This document shows positions 5,921 through 6,014 of a DNA stretch of 6,014 bases, in pieces; position 1 is the first letter of the stretch, and the number at the start of each line of letters is the position of its first letter. Made by a program: the position numbers and the translations under genes. The notes under the pieces are model-generated. The model was not told the DNA's origin. It worked only from the letters and a program-made list of their open reading frames with translations, and ran no database searches. This stretch comes from a virus (taxonomy: Duplodnaviria > Heunggongvirae > Uroviricota > Caudoviricetes): the IMG/VR virus record IMGVR_UViG_2651869781_000009; one strand, given 5' to 3'.

Positions 5921-5939
5921 CTGTCTCTTATACACAAGT
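5921..5939 (+). other. isolated 19-mer CTGTCTCTTATACACAAGT, 18/19 identical to the IS50/Tn5 outside end (17/19 to the mosaic end)
   Basis: Direct reading; only position 4 (T for A) differs from the recalled OE CTGACTCTTATACACAAGT; flanks do not match IS50 interior or Nextera adapter continuation; no inverted copy found in window. Confidence 0.3.
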
Positions 5940-5965
5940 CCCCGAATCCGGGGATTTGTTATTTC
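5939..5965 (+). terminator. short GC hairpin plus T-rich tail (terminator-like on + strand), directly abutting the OE-like 19-mer
   Basis: TCCCCG-AATC-CGGGGA stem-loop (5939-5954) followed by TTTGTTATTT. Confidence 0.3.
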
Positions 5966-6014
5966 AGCCAAACTGCTTTCAGTTGTTGCGTGTGGCTACG
6001 CTTTCCATTCGGTA
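5959..6014 (-). CDS. possible 3' end of a gene running off the right edge (C-terminus ...PNGKRSHTQQLKAVWLK); could be the Q antiterminator by synteny only
   Basis: Open minus-strand frame from the window edge to TAA at 5959-5961; only 17 codons visible, no homology recognised. Confidence 0.2.
   Translation of the reverse strand, partial: PNGKRSHTQQLKAVWLK

Noticed and set aside
5921-5939. Nextera/Tn5 mosaic-end adapter contamination as the explanation for the 19-mer
   Set aside because: Positions 17-18 differ from the mosaic end (AG versus TC) and the downstream bases do not match adapter continuation; not fully excluded without raw reads, so kept as a finding with caveats.
5683-5971. Minus-strand ORFs 5683-5868 and 5708-5971
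   Set aside because: Start at GTG/TTG, span the tR'-like terminator and promoter-like region, no SD, junk-like composition; the region is better explained as regulatory.
1-6014. Shiga toxin genes, tRNA genes and CRISPR arrays
   Set aside because: Looked for them because of the Stx-phage-like synteny; no tRNA-like T-arm/acceptor pattern, no A/B-subunit-sized ORF pair, and no spaced direct-repeat array were seen.

Overview
This window reads as the late/lysis region of a lambdoid (phage-21/Qin-like) enterobacterial prophage, transcribed right-to-left on the minus strand. From right to left: a possible partial gene running off the right edge, a late-promoter/tR'-like terminator region, a 645-aa NanS-p-type sialate O-acetylesterase (the position where Stx phages carry stx; no stx here), two small ORFs, a dual-start pinholin (S), a holin-coupled 148-aa unknown protein, a SAR endolysin (R) and Rz with embedded Rz1. 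Three things the canonical cassette does not explain: (i) an AT-rich 87-codon ORF on the opposite strand wedged between the 148-aa gene and the endolysin, (ii) a ~490-bp insertion between R and Rz holding a strong bidirectional terminator and a 60-aa tail-anchored membrane ORF, and (iii) an isolated 19-mer with 18/19 identity to the IS50/Tn5 outside end next to the putative late promoter. All calls rest on reading the sequence and on recalled family features; no database search was run. Coordinates were hand-indexed and regulatory elements may be off by a base or two.
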